In this document: piece by piece, positions 35,804 through 44,343 of the stretch
How the letters are laid out: each line of letters starts with the position of its first letter
How positions within the stretch are numbered: position 1 is the first letter of the stretch
Assembly: GCA_017452885.1 (NCBI GenBank)
Contig: JAFTLF010000121.1
Span: 1-44,986, forward strand
Direction of reading: 5' to 3'
Origin: Alphaproteobacteria bacterium
Lineage (GTDB): Bacteria > Pseudomonadota > Alphaproteobacteria > RF32 > CAG-239
Length of the DNA stretch: 44,986 nt
Notes under the pieces: generated by a model
Database searches by the model: none
Seen by the model: the letters and a program-made list of their open reading frames with translations, nothing else
Told to the model about the DNA's origin: nothing
Made by a program: the position numbers and the translations under genes

Positions 35804-35927
35804 TGTCTTTCTCCCAAGTTCTGTGGTCCTATGAGTTCAGAATAACAAGAATAGCGAGATCAAACAATCTTATCTTTAGTCATAAAAGAGATATAAAAAG
35901 TAAGTTTAATATGCCTTTAGTTATAAC

Positions 35928-35956
35928 AAAAAAAGCCACCGAATGGTGGCTTTTTT
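35928..35956 (-). terminator. Intrinsic terminator between the two pilin genes
   Basis: aaaaaaa-gccacc-gaat-ggtggc-tttttt. On the - strand the hairpin is followed by TTTTTTTG, ~20 nt after the paralog-1 stop. Confidence 0.75.
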
Positions 35957-35971
35957 AAGAATTTTTTCTTC

Positions 35972-36502
35972 TTAGTAATAAGTCCATGTAATTGTGTTGC
36001 TGGCAGTAGCCGCAGAACATCCGGAAAAAGCATCCGGCAAAGAAATTGGAAGCTTATCAACAGTATGAGAACCGGATGTCAAAGCAATACTAACCAAACC
36101 ATCTGTACCCCAGTCTGTGCTACCTAAGCTAGCGCAAGTTTCTTTACCTAAGCCTTCAAATTTGATTGAAAAGTTCAAATCATTATTGCTGGTTTCCAGA
36201 GTAACGCCACCACCAAAGGCATTATGAAGCGTGGTACCTGTAATCATATCGCTTGGAGCCAGATTATAACTTACGGCACTGGAAGCACTCAATCCCTTAT
36301 AAGACGGAGAAGTCGCATAAGCCGTACGAATATTCATAAGCAACATTGTCAATTGGTCTTGCGCTTTGGTCAACTTAAATTTTGCCATAGCTTTTGAATA
36401 ACCGGAAATACCGCCAACTGACAAAACACCGATAATTGCAAGCACACCAAGCATTTCGACCATCGAGCGTCCGCTTTGTTCACTATTGAAAAAATTCTTC
36501 AT
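35972..36502 (-). CDS. Type IV prepilin, paralog 1 (176 aa)
   Basis: MKNFFNSEQSG|RSMVEMLGVLAIIGVLSVGG, with a Cys pair (KETCASL...FSGCSA). The start is set at ATG 36500-36502 (GGAG 8 nt upstream) rather than the track start 36544. Confidence 0.82.
   Translation of the reverse strand: MKNFFNSEQSGRSMVEMLGVLAIIGVLSVGGISGYSKAMAKFKLTKAQDQLTMLLMNIRTAYATSPSYKGLSASSAVSYNLAPSDMITGTTLHNAFGGGVTLETSNNDLNFSIKFEGLGKETCASLGSTDWGTDGLVSIALTSGSHTVDKLPISLPDAFSGCSAATASNTITWTYY
36206..36502 (-). repeat. Copy 2 of the ~300-bp direct repeat (5' half of pilin paralog 1)
   Basis: See copy 1 (35507..35803). Confidence 0.85.
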
Positions 36503-36573
36503 TTTCAAACTCCAAAAAAATCGTTCTGTACGTAGTCTACACACAATAGATTAAAAAATTATGAATAATTGCT

Positions 36574-36603
36574 ATTCTAAACACTATATAACAAATTTTT
36601 CAA
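36574..36603 (-). promoter_or_regulatory. Possible sigma70-type promoter for pilin paralog 1
   Basis: On the - strand: TTGAAA (36603-36598), an 18-nt spacer, then TAGAAT (36579-36574), about 70 nt upstream of the ATG. Confidence 0.3.
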
Positions 36604-36792
36604 CATTTTTTTCGGAATGTTCATAAAAACAAACTAAATACCTTAATAAATGCGTTTGTTTTACTCGCAATGCCACATCAACGTGCTAGAACTTTTACAT
36701 ATATTCTTTGCCAAATCCTTTTTTATCGGCAATGCAAATTCCTTATCACTCCATGTGAAATATTGCAGATTGCTACCATTGATAATAGTTAC

Positions 36793-37245
36793 TCAGGTAA
36801 CTCCAAACCAAAATTTTTCATCAAATTTATGGCTGGCAAGCTCTTCGCATTGCTTTTTATTAAGACCTTTATAAATGATGTCAAAGCCTCTTGCTCCTGG
36901 CATCAAGACCTCTGCATTTTCTCCGTTTCCGACCAGAATCTGATTACCAAAAAAACCGATTAATTGTTCTTTTTGCAACATTTTTTGCGGATATAGTTTA
37001 TTTTTAATCACTGTATTGGTGCTTAATCCCCAAAAATCAGGTCGATTTTGATAATAACGACGAATGTTATTGCTCAAGGTAACAATTTCATCAGCCGCCT
37101 GTTGTGTTCCGACATCAGCCTCGCGCGTAAATAACCATACACACAAAGCAACAACAATGATAATTGCTACACCAATCCATATTTTGAAATTATAAATCAG
37201 AGCACTTTGTAACAATATAACAAACTTTCTCAATTTTTCTGTCAT
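36793..37245 (-). CDS. Membrane-anchored pilin-fold paralog lacking a prepilin cleavage motif (150 aa)
   Basis: The start is set at MTEKLRKF (ATG 37243-37245), 1 nt after the platform-gene stop. There is one TM helix (IWIGVAIIIVVALCVWLF). NIRRYYQNRPDFWGLSTNTVIKNKLYPQKML and FDIIYKGLNKKQCEELASHKF align with the pilins' NIRTAYATSPSYDGLSASNAVDYNLAPSDMI and FAITFNGLGKDTCASLASTDW. Confidence 0.55.
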   Translation of the reverse strand: MTEKLRKFVILLQSALIYNFKIWIGVAIIIVVALCVWLFTREADVGTQQAADEIVTLSNNIRRYYQNRPDFWGLSTNTVIKNKLYPQKMLQKEQLIGFFGNQILVGNGENAEVLMPGARGFDIIYKGLNKKQCEELASHKFDEKFWFGVT

Positions 37246-37246
37246 C

Positions 37247-38383
37247 TTAACCTGCTCCCATACCACTGGTAATCTGATCTTGCATTTCAAACGTACCCAT
37301 AACCGCCCAAGCAATAACCGCACCGATGGCAAGCAAAGCCACCATGTTCAAAACGCCGGCTTTTTCTTCAATCATGTGTACGGATTCATCAAGCCAATCA
37401 TTAGCAAGATTATCCAATGCTTCTTCAAAGTTATCAAGCTCGGAATAGATTTTCAAATCACTGATGATTTCTTTATCTGGAAAATCTAAATGCGTCTTAC
37501 CCAATGCTTGTCCGAGGTTTTCACCATTATTAATAAAGACAAGAGTTTTATCAATGCGTTCTTTCAAATAACGGCTTGCATCACGACGCAAAGCTCGCAA
37601 AGCTGTCGAAACCGGTGTTCCGCCTTTGACCAAGGCCGATAAAGCCAACAGCCAACTAATACCTGTAAATACCTTGTACAAAGACCATGGCGGAATGTTG
37701 TCAAAAATGGCGCGAATTCTTCCGGTCCAAATTCCGATGGTGAAATATATGATAGACATAACTATCGGCAAAGCAGAAAAAGCGAACAACCAATTGTCTT
37801 TAATCCACCCTGACAAATCAACCAAATCTCGTGCCAATCCGCGCCATCTAACACCGGGAGCAGCATCAATCATTGGTGGCACCATATAAACACCGATAGC
37901 ATAAATAATCAAAACCGCCATCATCAACAGAAAACTCGGGTAGGTAATTGCGCCGACAATCGGTCGTATCATTTTGGTTGAACCTTCGGTAACTTTAATC
38001 AAGTTTAATAAAGCTCCTTCCAAGTCCGAAACGTCACCCACCGAAAGCATAAGTCTTTCACGATCCGGAGCCCAGCCCTTTAGTGCATCGGAAAATGTTT
38101 TACCATTATTAAGTGATTTCCCCCAAGCGGCAATGGCAATTGCCAACGGTTCTCCTGGATTCTTACCGCCGTTACTGGCTCCGTCATATAACATATCCAG
38201 TGCATCCATAAGCGAAAATCGGTTTTTCATTAATGATGCGATTTTTCGATAAAGCTTTAGGCGTACTTTGTTGGAAAACTGCATAACAAGACGGGCATAA
38301 TATTCTTCAACCAAGTTGAAATTATGCATAGCCTTTGCTAGTGATTTCGATTTCTTTTTCTTTGCTATTACTTCTTCTGCCAT
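37247..38383 (-). CDS. Type IV pilus inner-membrane platform protein (GspF/PilC family; R64 PilR-like)
   Basis: 378 aa with two GspF-type repeats and three TM blocks (ITYPSFLLMMAVLIIYAIGVYMV, WLFAFSALPIVMSIIYFTIGIW, LNMVALLAIGAVIAWAVMG). It sits directly after the assembly ATPase. Confidence 0.88.
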   Translation of the reverse strand: MAEEVIAKKKKSKSLAKAMHNFNLVEEYYARLVMQFSNKVRLKLYRKIASLMKNRFSLMDALDMLYDGASNGGKNPGEPLAIAIAAWGKSLNNGKTFSDALKGWAPDRERLMLSVGDVSDLEGALLNLIKVTEGSTKMIRPIVGAITYPSFLLMMAVLIIYAIGVYMVPPMIDAAPGVRWRGLARDLVDLSGWIKDNWLFAFSALPIVMSIIYFTIGIWTGRIRAIFDNIPPWSLYKVFTGISWLLALSALVKGGTPVSTALRALRRDASRYLKERIDKTLVFINNGENLGQALGKTHLDFPDKEIISDLKIYSELDNFEEALDNLANDWLDESVHMIEEKAGVLNMVALLAIGAVIAWAVMGTFEMQDQITSGMGAG

Positions 38384-38395
38384 GTCTTATCTGCC

Positions 38396-40084
38396 TTAAT
38401 ATACCGGACGTTGATCCATAAGTCCGCACCAACGTTCCACTTCATCTAAATCAATAAACCCTTTAAGCATACGTTCTATTGCTGCTTCTTTCAGTGTTCT
38501 GCCGTTAAGGTCGCTGGTCCAGTAGTCGATTGCTTTACGAGTTTCGCCGTCAACCATCAATTTTAAGAATACGGCATCGGGCAAAATAATTTCAGGAACA
38601 CACATACGACCTTTCACCCCTGTGCCACCACAAAATTTGCATCCGGCACCGCGAACAAAAGTATTTTCCACCCCAAAATCACCCAAAGCCGTGCGCAAAC
38701 GCTGAAAAGACGGATCATTTTGACGCTCTTTGACCGGCATTCGACAGTGTGGGCATAATTTACGAAACAAACGTTGAGAAACCAACCCTTTGATTAATTC
38801 GGGGTCTAATAACTTAAATGTTTCAACACCCATATCGCGAAAACGGTTAAGAATAGCCGGAGCCGAGTTGGCGTGCAGGGTTGACCACATACCGTGTCCT
38901 GATAACGCCCCCTGAAAGGTTAATTGTGCCGAGGCCAAAGCTCGAATTTCGCCCACCATAATAACGTCAGGGTCGGATCGCAAAGCCGCTGACAAAGCTT
39001 TGGTAAATTGTTCTGCTTTTTCTTCTTCTGTATTGGCATTGGTCACCGGCATTTGTCTGGCTCCGGGAATCGGATACTCAGGAGGATCTTCCACTGTCAA
39101 AAGGTTTAGTTCATAGTTTTTTTCTTGCAATAGCTTAATCATGTTTCTTTGCAAGGTGGTAGATTTTCCGGATCCTGTGGGGCCGGCTACAATACTCAAG
39201 CCAACCGGTACTGCTCGCAAACGATAAAATAAATCTTCTTCAAATTGTCCAAACCCCAAAGAAGCCAAATCGCCGGAGCCATCCGGATTATCATCGGCAT
39301 ACAATAGTCGCATGACCAAATATTGCGAACCAAAGGCAATTGGATTAAATTGCAAACGAATAGCCAACACATTATGTGGCAACATTAACTTACCTTTGGA
39401 ACCGCGCAACGGTGTAGAGCCAAGTTTTTGCGCTCCCTGAAATTCATTTTGCGTATAGTTTGAGTCAGAAATATCTGCCGAGGCAAATGCTGCACGAACA
39501 AACGCCTCTCCCCATTCTTTATTATACTCCATTTCGGTATGCATCATACCATTAACACGAAACATAATAACCGTATTATCAGCCACAACAATATGAATAT
39601 CCGACACTTTCTTGGCGGCGGCTTGTGCAACCACATTCACAAAGTCTTTTTGCATTTGCAGTTGATCAAGCTCTGTATCTGCGCTGACTTCTGCGGCTGC
39701 TTGTGCGCGTTCGCCGATGCTGTAAATAGCATTCAGCTCATTCTGCGAAATATAAATAGGCTTAGTAATGTTTAGCTTTTTCTTGCGAGCTAATACTTCA
39801 AAACTGAGTACGCGACCGTCAAACTTATGGGTTTCAACTACCAAAAAACGTCCATCGGCAAATAATGCCAACAAACGTCGCGTGTCATCGTTAACCACCA
39901 AAGAAGAACCGGGCAAAGTTAACAATCTATTGCCATTAGAAAAGTAAGTATCAATAATTGAAGATTTTTTTTCAGGTTCCTTTTCATCATTAGGCTTGCG
40001 AATATCGGATACGGCAGCATCTGTGTCTGCCGCATCTTCCGTCTTTCCTAATTTGATGTCATCCTCATCTTCAGCTTCAGCCAT
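38396..40084 (-). CDS. Type IV pilus assembly ATPase (GspE/PilB family; R64 PilQ-like)
   Basis: Walker A VAGPTGSGKSTT, Asp box LLTVEDPPEYPIPG, Walker B DVIMVGEIR, His box GHGMWSTLHANS and the tetracysteine CPHC...CKFCGGTG. Confidence 0.94.
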   Translation of the reverse strand: MAEAEDEDDIKLGKTEDAADTDAAVSDIRKPNDEKEPEKKSSIIDTYFSNGNRLLTLPGSSLVVNDDTRRLLALFADGRFLVVETHKFDGRVLSFEVLARKKKLNITKPIYISQNELNAIYSIGERAQAAAEVSADTELDQLQMQKDFVNVVAQAAAKKVSDIHIVVADNTVIMFRVNGMMHTEMEYNKEWGEAFVRAAFASADISDSNYTQNEFQGAQKLGSTPLRGSKGKLMLPHNVLAIRLQFNPIAFGSQYLVMRLLYADDNPDGSGDLASLGFGQFEEDLFYRLRAVPVGLSIVAGPTGSGKSTTLQRNMIKLLQEKNYELNLLTVEDPPEYPIPGARQMPVTNANTEEEKAEQFTKALSAALRSDPDVIMVGEIRALASAQLTFQGALSGHGMWSTLHANSAPAILNRFRDMGVETFKLLDPELIKGLVSQRLFRKLCPHCRMPVKERQNDPSFQRLRTALGDFGVENTFVRGAGCKFCGGTGVKGRMCVPEIILPDAVFLKLMVDGETRKAIDYWTSDLNGRTLKEAAIERMLKGFIDLDEVERWCGLMDQRPVY

Positions 40085-40086
40085 TT

Positions 40087-41442
40087 TTATCTGACCATCA
40101 TTGCAGATCCAACGCCGGGAATGCCGACACTGCTCACAAAATTAGAGCTTTCTTCTTGATCTTCCGCTTGTGCTGCCAAAGCATTGTTCAGAGAACTGGC
40201 CGGTTGCTCCAAAGGCAAAATTCCACCGGCAGCAAAGTACAGATAATCCTTCACACCACCTTTATCAGCACGCACATAGGTCGATGTAATTTCATCAATA
40301 GTATGCCCGCTTTGAAGAGCAGTTCCTTTCTTAACATAGAAAGATGTACCGTCCTGATTAACAAGCTTAGCAATCAACTCACCACCCTGTCCGCGAATTT
40401 CCATTACTGCGTACATATTCGGCAATTTTAACTCAGGCATGGGGGCAACTTGCGTTTCGGCACTTTGCTCGGTTTTCTCCGCTCCGCTATCGGCAGAGGC
40501 AACATCTTCAAACGGATTCTGTCTGCTAGCTTCCAGTTCTTTTTCTTGCGCGATAATTCTTGATTTCAAAACTCCGATTTGGGCATTCAAATCATCAACT
40601 CTTTGTTTGTGCTTACTGATAAGATTGGCTGCCTTGGTATTAGAAGCTGCAATATCATTTTTCAACTGCAAAAATTTGTCTTTGGAATCATCCAAAAGTT
40701 TTTGATTTTCTTTTTTTGTATCTTCAATTTGCTTATACAAGTCAGCATCATGAGCAATCCATTTTTGAACATCTTCCAAATATTTGTTCTTATAAGCATT
40801 CAAAATACGTTCTTGACGCAGTTTTTCAAACTCAATATCCAGTTCACGCAATTTTTGTTGCTCTTGCAGAACTTTCTGTTCTTGAGCTTTTTCCCATTCT
40901 ATTTTTTGTTTTTCTTGCGCTTCTTTCTTTTCTTGTTCTTGAATCAAGGCTTGTCGACGTTGATTTTTGATAGCCTCTATCTCATTTTTTATTTTTTCAC
41001 GGCGCAACTCCAGATTTAACAATGCGGTTTGTTTTTCTATATCAGACATTTGCGAAAACAAACCATCATCCATAGCCGGTTCGTCATCAATATCATTAAA
41101 TGCTGAAGCAACATTTGTTTTTGGAGCAACAAAAGAAGGTTCTTTTTCGGCGCTAACATTATCGGAAGTTGCCGGAACACCTGTTTTGGGGATGATTTTT
41201 TCGGGGGCGAAAATTTCATCGGTTGTTTCTGATTTTTTATTTGCCAAAACCGGAGCAGGAGCAGATTTACTGTCATCATCATCGTTAAACATGGCAAATT
41301 CATCAGGAATATCCTTGTTTATATCGTCATTAGCAGCTTCCTCACTCAAAGTCACCAAAGCCCGAGCATCAAAACTGATGCCGATACCCAATAACAATGC
41401 CAAAGCCGATACGGATAAAATATTTCTTATTTTATAAAACAT
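40087..41442 (-). CDS. PilP-like pilus assembly protein with a long charged coiled-coil insert (451 aa)
   Basis: The start is set at MFYKIRNIL (ATG 41440-41442, GAGGGGG 7 nt upstream). It has an N-terminal signal/anchor SVSALALLLGIGISF, an acidic region and an E/K/Q-rich coiled coil (QEQEKKEAQEKQKIEWEKAQEQKVLQEQQKLRELDIEFEKLRQE). The C-terminal beta domain is MYAVMEIRGQGGELIAKLVNQDGTSFYVKKGTALQSGHTIDEI. Confidence 0.55.
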   Translation of the reverse strand: MFYKIRNILSVSALALLLGIGISFDARALVTLSEEAANDDINKDIPDEFAMFNDDDDSKSAPAPVLANKKSETTDEIFAPEKIIPKTGVPATSDNVSAEKEPSFVAPKTNVASAFNDIDDEPAMDDGLFSQMSDIEKQTALLNLELRREKIKNEIEAIKNQRRQALIQEQEKKEAQEKQKIEWEKAQEQKVLQEQQKLRELDIEFEKLRQERILNAYKNKYLEDVQKWIAHDADLYKQIEDTKKENQKLLDDSKDKFLQLKNDIAASNTKAANLISKHKQRVDDLNAQIGVLKSRIIAQEKELEASRQNPFEDVASADSGAEKTEQSAETQVAPMPELKLPNMYAVMEIRGQGGELIAKLVNQDGTSFYVKKGTALQSGHTIDEITSTYVRADKGGVKDYLYFAAGGILPLEQPASSLNNALAAQAEDQEESSNFVSSVGIPGVGSAMMVR

Positions 41443-42709
41443 AGATAGCCCCCTCATAATGCCATGTTTTGTCAACCGGAGAATATGTTATCATATTAAT
41501 CTGAAGTCCTGAATATTTTGTTAACATCTCATTCCAAGTTGCCGGATTATAATCTGATGTAAATGAAAATTTTATCTTGCGATAAATTTTTCCGGTTGCG
41601 CTGGTTTCTACTTCCACGGCTTGAGATATTTTAAGCCCCAGAGCTTGAAATTCATCATTTAATTGGTTTTGCAAATCCATCATATTTTTTTCCGGTGGAG
41701 ATGCAATCATTTCCCCGGTGGAAATCGGCAAAGTAGCAGATAATGTTTCGCCATCGCCAGAAAAAGAAAATCCCGAAAATGGCAATTCTGATTCTTCCAT
41801 GGCTTTTTTTGCCCAAGACAACCGTCCGATACTGCGTCGCCAAGATGTTGCCACACTTCCTTGAGCGCATGCAATCATACCAATATCCCATCCCGGCGGC
41901 ATAATTTTAACCAAATCCATGGCCTTTTTATAGCATTCTATCATCACGGTTTTCGGATTAGTCATTTGTTCCCATGGTTTTGCCTCAACAACCGGAGCTG
42001 CTGTCTGAACGATTTTGGGCTTTACCGGCACCACCACCGGAGCCACCGTCGGTGTTAAAAACAGACGATCAATCAAACTTGAAACCAACCACAACCCGAC
42101 TACGGCAGAAATTCCAATAACTAAAAACAGCTTAGCGCCACGCAAGCCTTTAATTTTTTGCAGTTTAGACTTTGCGCCGCGAGCCAAAATTTCACCGAGA
42201 TCCATTTCCTCGGTATCTTCAATTTCCCACTCCTTAGGGGCAATTTTTTTGCCCCAGTCCGGCACGGCCAGCATTGATGTAAACTGACTTTTTGCTTCTT
42301 CTTCGCTAAGAAACAGCATATCGCCGTCAGACAAGATAATGTCATTACGAATACAAGTATACCACCAACCTTCGGTCGTTTTAAATACAGCTACATAAGA
42401 AGAAACATTAGACAACGCGGTTGCAAGTGCCACAGCACCAACCGTTTCTCCACTGTGATAACCTTCGTGAGATACACAAATACCAAACTGTGGAGCCTTA
42501 CCGCTCTTGATGCAGAAAAGGTCAGCACCTTCAAGCACACCGGCAGAAGCCTCTTCAACTTCTTGGAAAGGATCACTGGAATTTTGCAGCGGTTGCCAAA
42601 ACAAGCTGGTTGCATAAACGGTTCCATCTACATTAATAGACGTTCCCCACGACCGCTTGCCGGAATCGCTGTCATAATCCTCATCTAACAATTTGGCTTC
42701 TTCAAGCAC
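41432..42709 (-). CDS. PilO-like type IVb pilus accessory protein (R64/PAPI-1 PilO family, putative)
   Basis: At 425 aa it is of similar size to my recollection of R64 PilO. The N-terminal VYATSLFWQPL motif resembles the family's GLFWQ signature. There is a central TM helix LFLVIGISAVVGLWLVSSLI. The GTG start has AAGGGAG upstream. The gene lies between the secretin and PilP-like genes. Confidence 0.55.
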   Translation of the reverse strand: MLEEAKLLDEDYDSDSGKRSWGTSINVDGTVYATSLFWQPLQNSSDPFQEVEEASAGVLEGADLFCIKSGKAPQFGICVSHEGYHSGETVGAVALATALSNVSSYVAVFKTTEGWWYTCIRNDIILSDGDMLFLSEEEAKSQFTSMLAVPDWGKKIAPKEWEIEDTEEMDLGEILARGAKSKLQKIKGLRGAKLFLVIGISAVVGLWLVSSLIDRLFLTPTVAPVVVPVKPKIVQTAAPVVEAKPWEQMTNPKTVMIECYKKAMDLVKIMPPGWDIGMIACAQGSVATSWRRSIGRLSWAKKAMEESELPFSGFSFSGDGETLSATLPISTGEMIASPPEKNMMDLQNQLNDEFQALGLKISQAVEVETSATGKIYRKIKFSFTSDYNPATWNEMLTKYSGLQINMITYSPVDKTWHYEGAIYVL

Positions 42710-42732
42710 TGGTTTTCTCCCTTAGGCGTTTT

Positions 42733-44343
42733 TTAGTTCATTGACATTCTGGTTTCCGGCATCAACGGTGATTCCAAAACAACCGGTGTCAAAATAATAA
42801 CCAGAACACTACGTTCTTTAGAGGCATTAGCATATCCGCCAAGCAAAGAATTGTCAGCCGAACCTGTTCCTTCTTTTTGTGTTTGTGAAGAAACTTTTTC
42901 ATAGCCGGTCAGAATCAACGATTCACCGGAGGTCATAGCTAACTCTTGAGAAAAGGCGCGTGACTCAATTTTCGGGTTCTGAATATATTGGTTTGATTCT
43001 GCGTCACCAAATTCAACCTTTTCCAATGCGGTCAAATCAGACAGTGTCATGTTAAACAAAACCAGCATCCGACCATGCTCCAGAATACGCGGCAATACAT
43101 CTAAGGTAAAGCCTGTTTCAACTTCTTCTGTTGTGACAGAAATATCATAGTTATTTCCGTCTGTACCGCTGTTGGTCTTGGTCATCTCCGCAATATAATT
43201 TTGCTTTTGAGTAACCTGAATCGGTGCCGGTTTATTGTTCAAAGTAGTAACTGTACCACTGGTAACCAGACTGGTATTATTGCGCTGTGACAAAGCCTTA
43301 ATCGCAGCATCTGCATTCCAGTTCTTTTTGGTGATACCCCATGATAATCCGTTTGTCAGGCCGGATTCTCCTCCGGTTGCCGCGGAAGAACCGATAACAC
43401 CGATAGATGTAACTCCATCATCAAAAGCAGCCTTCAAATCCAAACCATAATTGTCTGTATCTGTTGACGTAACTTGCAAAACTTTAACGCTGATAGCAAC
43501 TTGACGCGACAAACGAGCGTTTTGCTCATTAACATATTTAGCGACTTTTTTGATATCGGTCGGTGTTCCGGTCAGGGTAATTGTACCATCAGCCGGTGAC
43601 ATTGATAATTTAGCACCTTCACTAATCATTGAGGTTATACTTTTTTCAAAGTTTGCCCACAATTCAACTTCTGCCGAGTTGGCAAGACTGACGGATGAAC
43701 TTCCACTACCGTCAGAAGACGAACCACCGACATTAATTGACAAAGTCGGCTTAGTTGGCAAACTATAAATCACAAAAGTTTTGGTAATATATTTATAGAA
43801 ATGAATTTCTTTTCTTTCATACTTCCACCAAATTCCAAAACGACTGGCAATTTCATCCAACAATCCGCTTAAAGGTCCCTGATAAGATACCAACATTTTA
43901 TCAGGATCTGCCCAGTCTTTATTTATTGAATCCGGTTTAGGTTCGTTAGAAGCTCCTTTGCTTAAAATATCAGCTTCCATTTGTGCCGCATAACGAACAC
44001 CGAGTGATGTTGTCTTATTAATCATATCGCCAATTTCAAATAATGTAATTGCACGGTTAGATACCAACGTAATGCCGTCTTTACCTTCCAGATACGAAGG
44101 TAAAGGTTCTCCTTCATATTCAATTGTACTGCTGTCGCCCAGCCATATATCATCTTTAACCTTAATCAAATCATGGTTAGCAACGGTTGTAGGCTCTTTA
44201 GCGGCTTCGGTTAATTTGATGGCCGCTTCGGTCTGGCGCTTGATTGTTGCATCCATACTTGTTGAAATAGAGCATGAGGCCGCAAAAGTTAAAACCAAAG
44301 CTCCTAAACTGAATTTTTGTAAATTAGTTAAACGCATTCTCAT
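42733..44343 (-). CDS. Type IVb pilus secretin, lipoprotein form (PilN/TcpC/BfpB-like)
   Basis: Lipobox-like signal LGALVLTFAASC. The secretin C-domain reads LDVLPRILEHGRMLVLFNMTLSDL...QNPKIESRAFSQELAMTSGESLILTGYEK...LLGG...ERSVLVIILTPVVL. Confidence 0.88.
   Translation of the reverse strand: MRMRLTNLQKFSLGALVLTFAASCSISTSMDATIKRQTEAAIKLTEAAKEPTTVANHDLIKVKDDIWLGDSSTIEYEGEPLPSYLEGKDGITLVSNRAITLFEIGDMINKTTSLGVRYAAQMEADILSKGASNEPKPDSINKDWADPDKMLVSYQGPLSGLLDEIASRFGIWWKYERKEIHFYKYITKTFVIYSLPTKPTLSINVGGSSSDGSGSSSVSLANSAEVELWANFEKSITSMISEGAKLSMSPADGTITLTGTPTDIKKVAKYVNEQNARLSRQVAISVKVLQVTSTDTDNYGLDLKAAFDDGVTSIGVIGSSAATGGESGLTNGLSWGITKKNWNADAAIKALSQRNNTSLVTSGTVTTLNNKPAPIQVTQKQNYIAEMTKTNSGTDGNNYDISVTTEEVETGFTLDVLPRILEHGRMLVLFNMTLSDLTALEKVEFGDAESNQYIQNPKIESRAFSQELAMTSGESLILTGYEKVSSQTQKEGTGSADNSLLGGYANASKERSVLVIILTPVVLESPLMPETRMSMN

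Noticed and set aside
36545-36792. Sigma54-type promoter upstream of pilin paralog 1 (AGGAATTTGCATTGCC on the minus strand has GG-N10-GC spacing)
   Set aside because: Only the GG and TTGC cores match the TGGCAC-N5-TTGCW consensus. The site lies ~240 nt upstream of the ATG, and no enhancer-binding protein gene is nearby. A sigma70-like TTGAAA-18-TAGAAT closer to the gene seems at least as plausible.
36650-36963. Plus-strand ORFs 36650..36874 and 36670..36963 in the pilin upstream region
   Set aside because: They run antisense across an intergenic region and the 3' end of the pilin-like gene. They have low-complexity hydrophobic composition and no SD.
40156-41437. Several long plus-strand ORFs (40439..40705, 40579..41019, 40716..40970, 40967..41437) opposite the PilP-like gene
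   Set aside because: They are artefacts of the E/K/Q-rich coiled-coil coding DNA, whose complement lacks stop codons. Their products are Phe/Leu/Ser-rich low-complexity strings.
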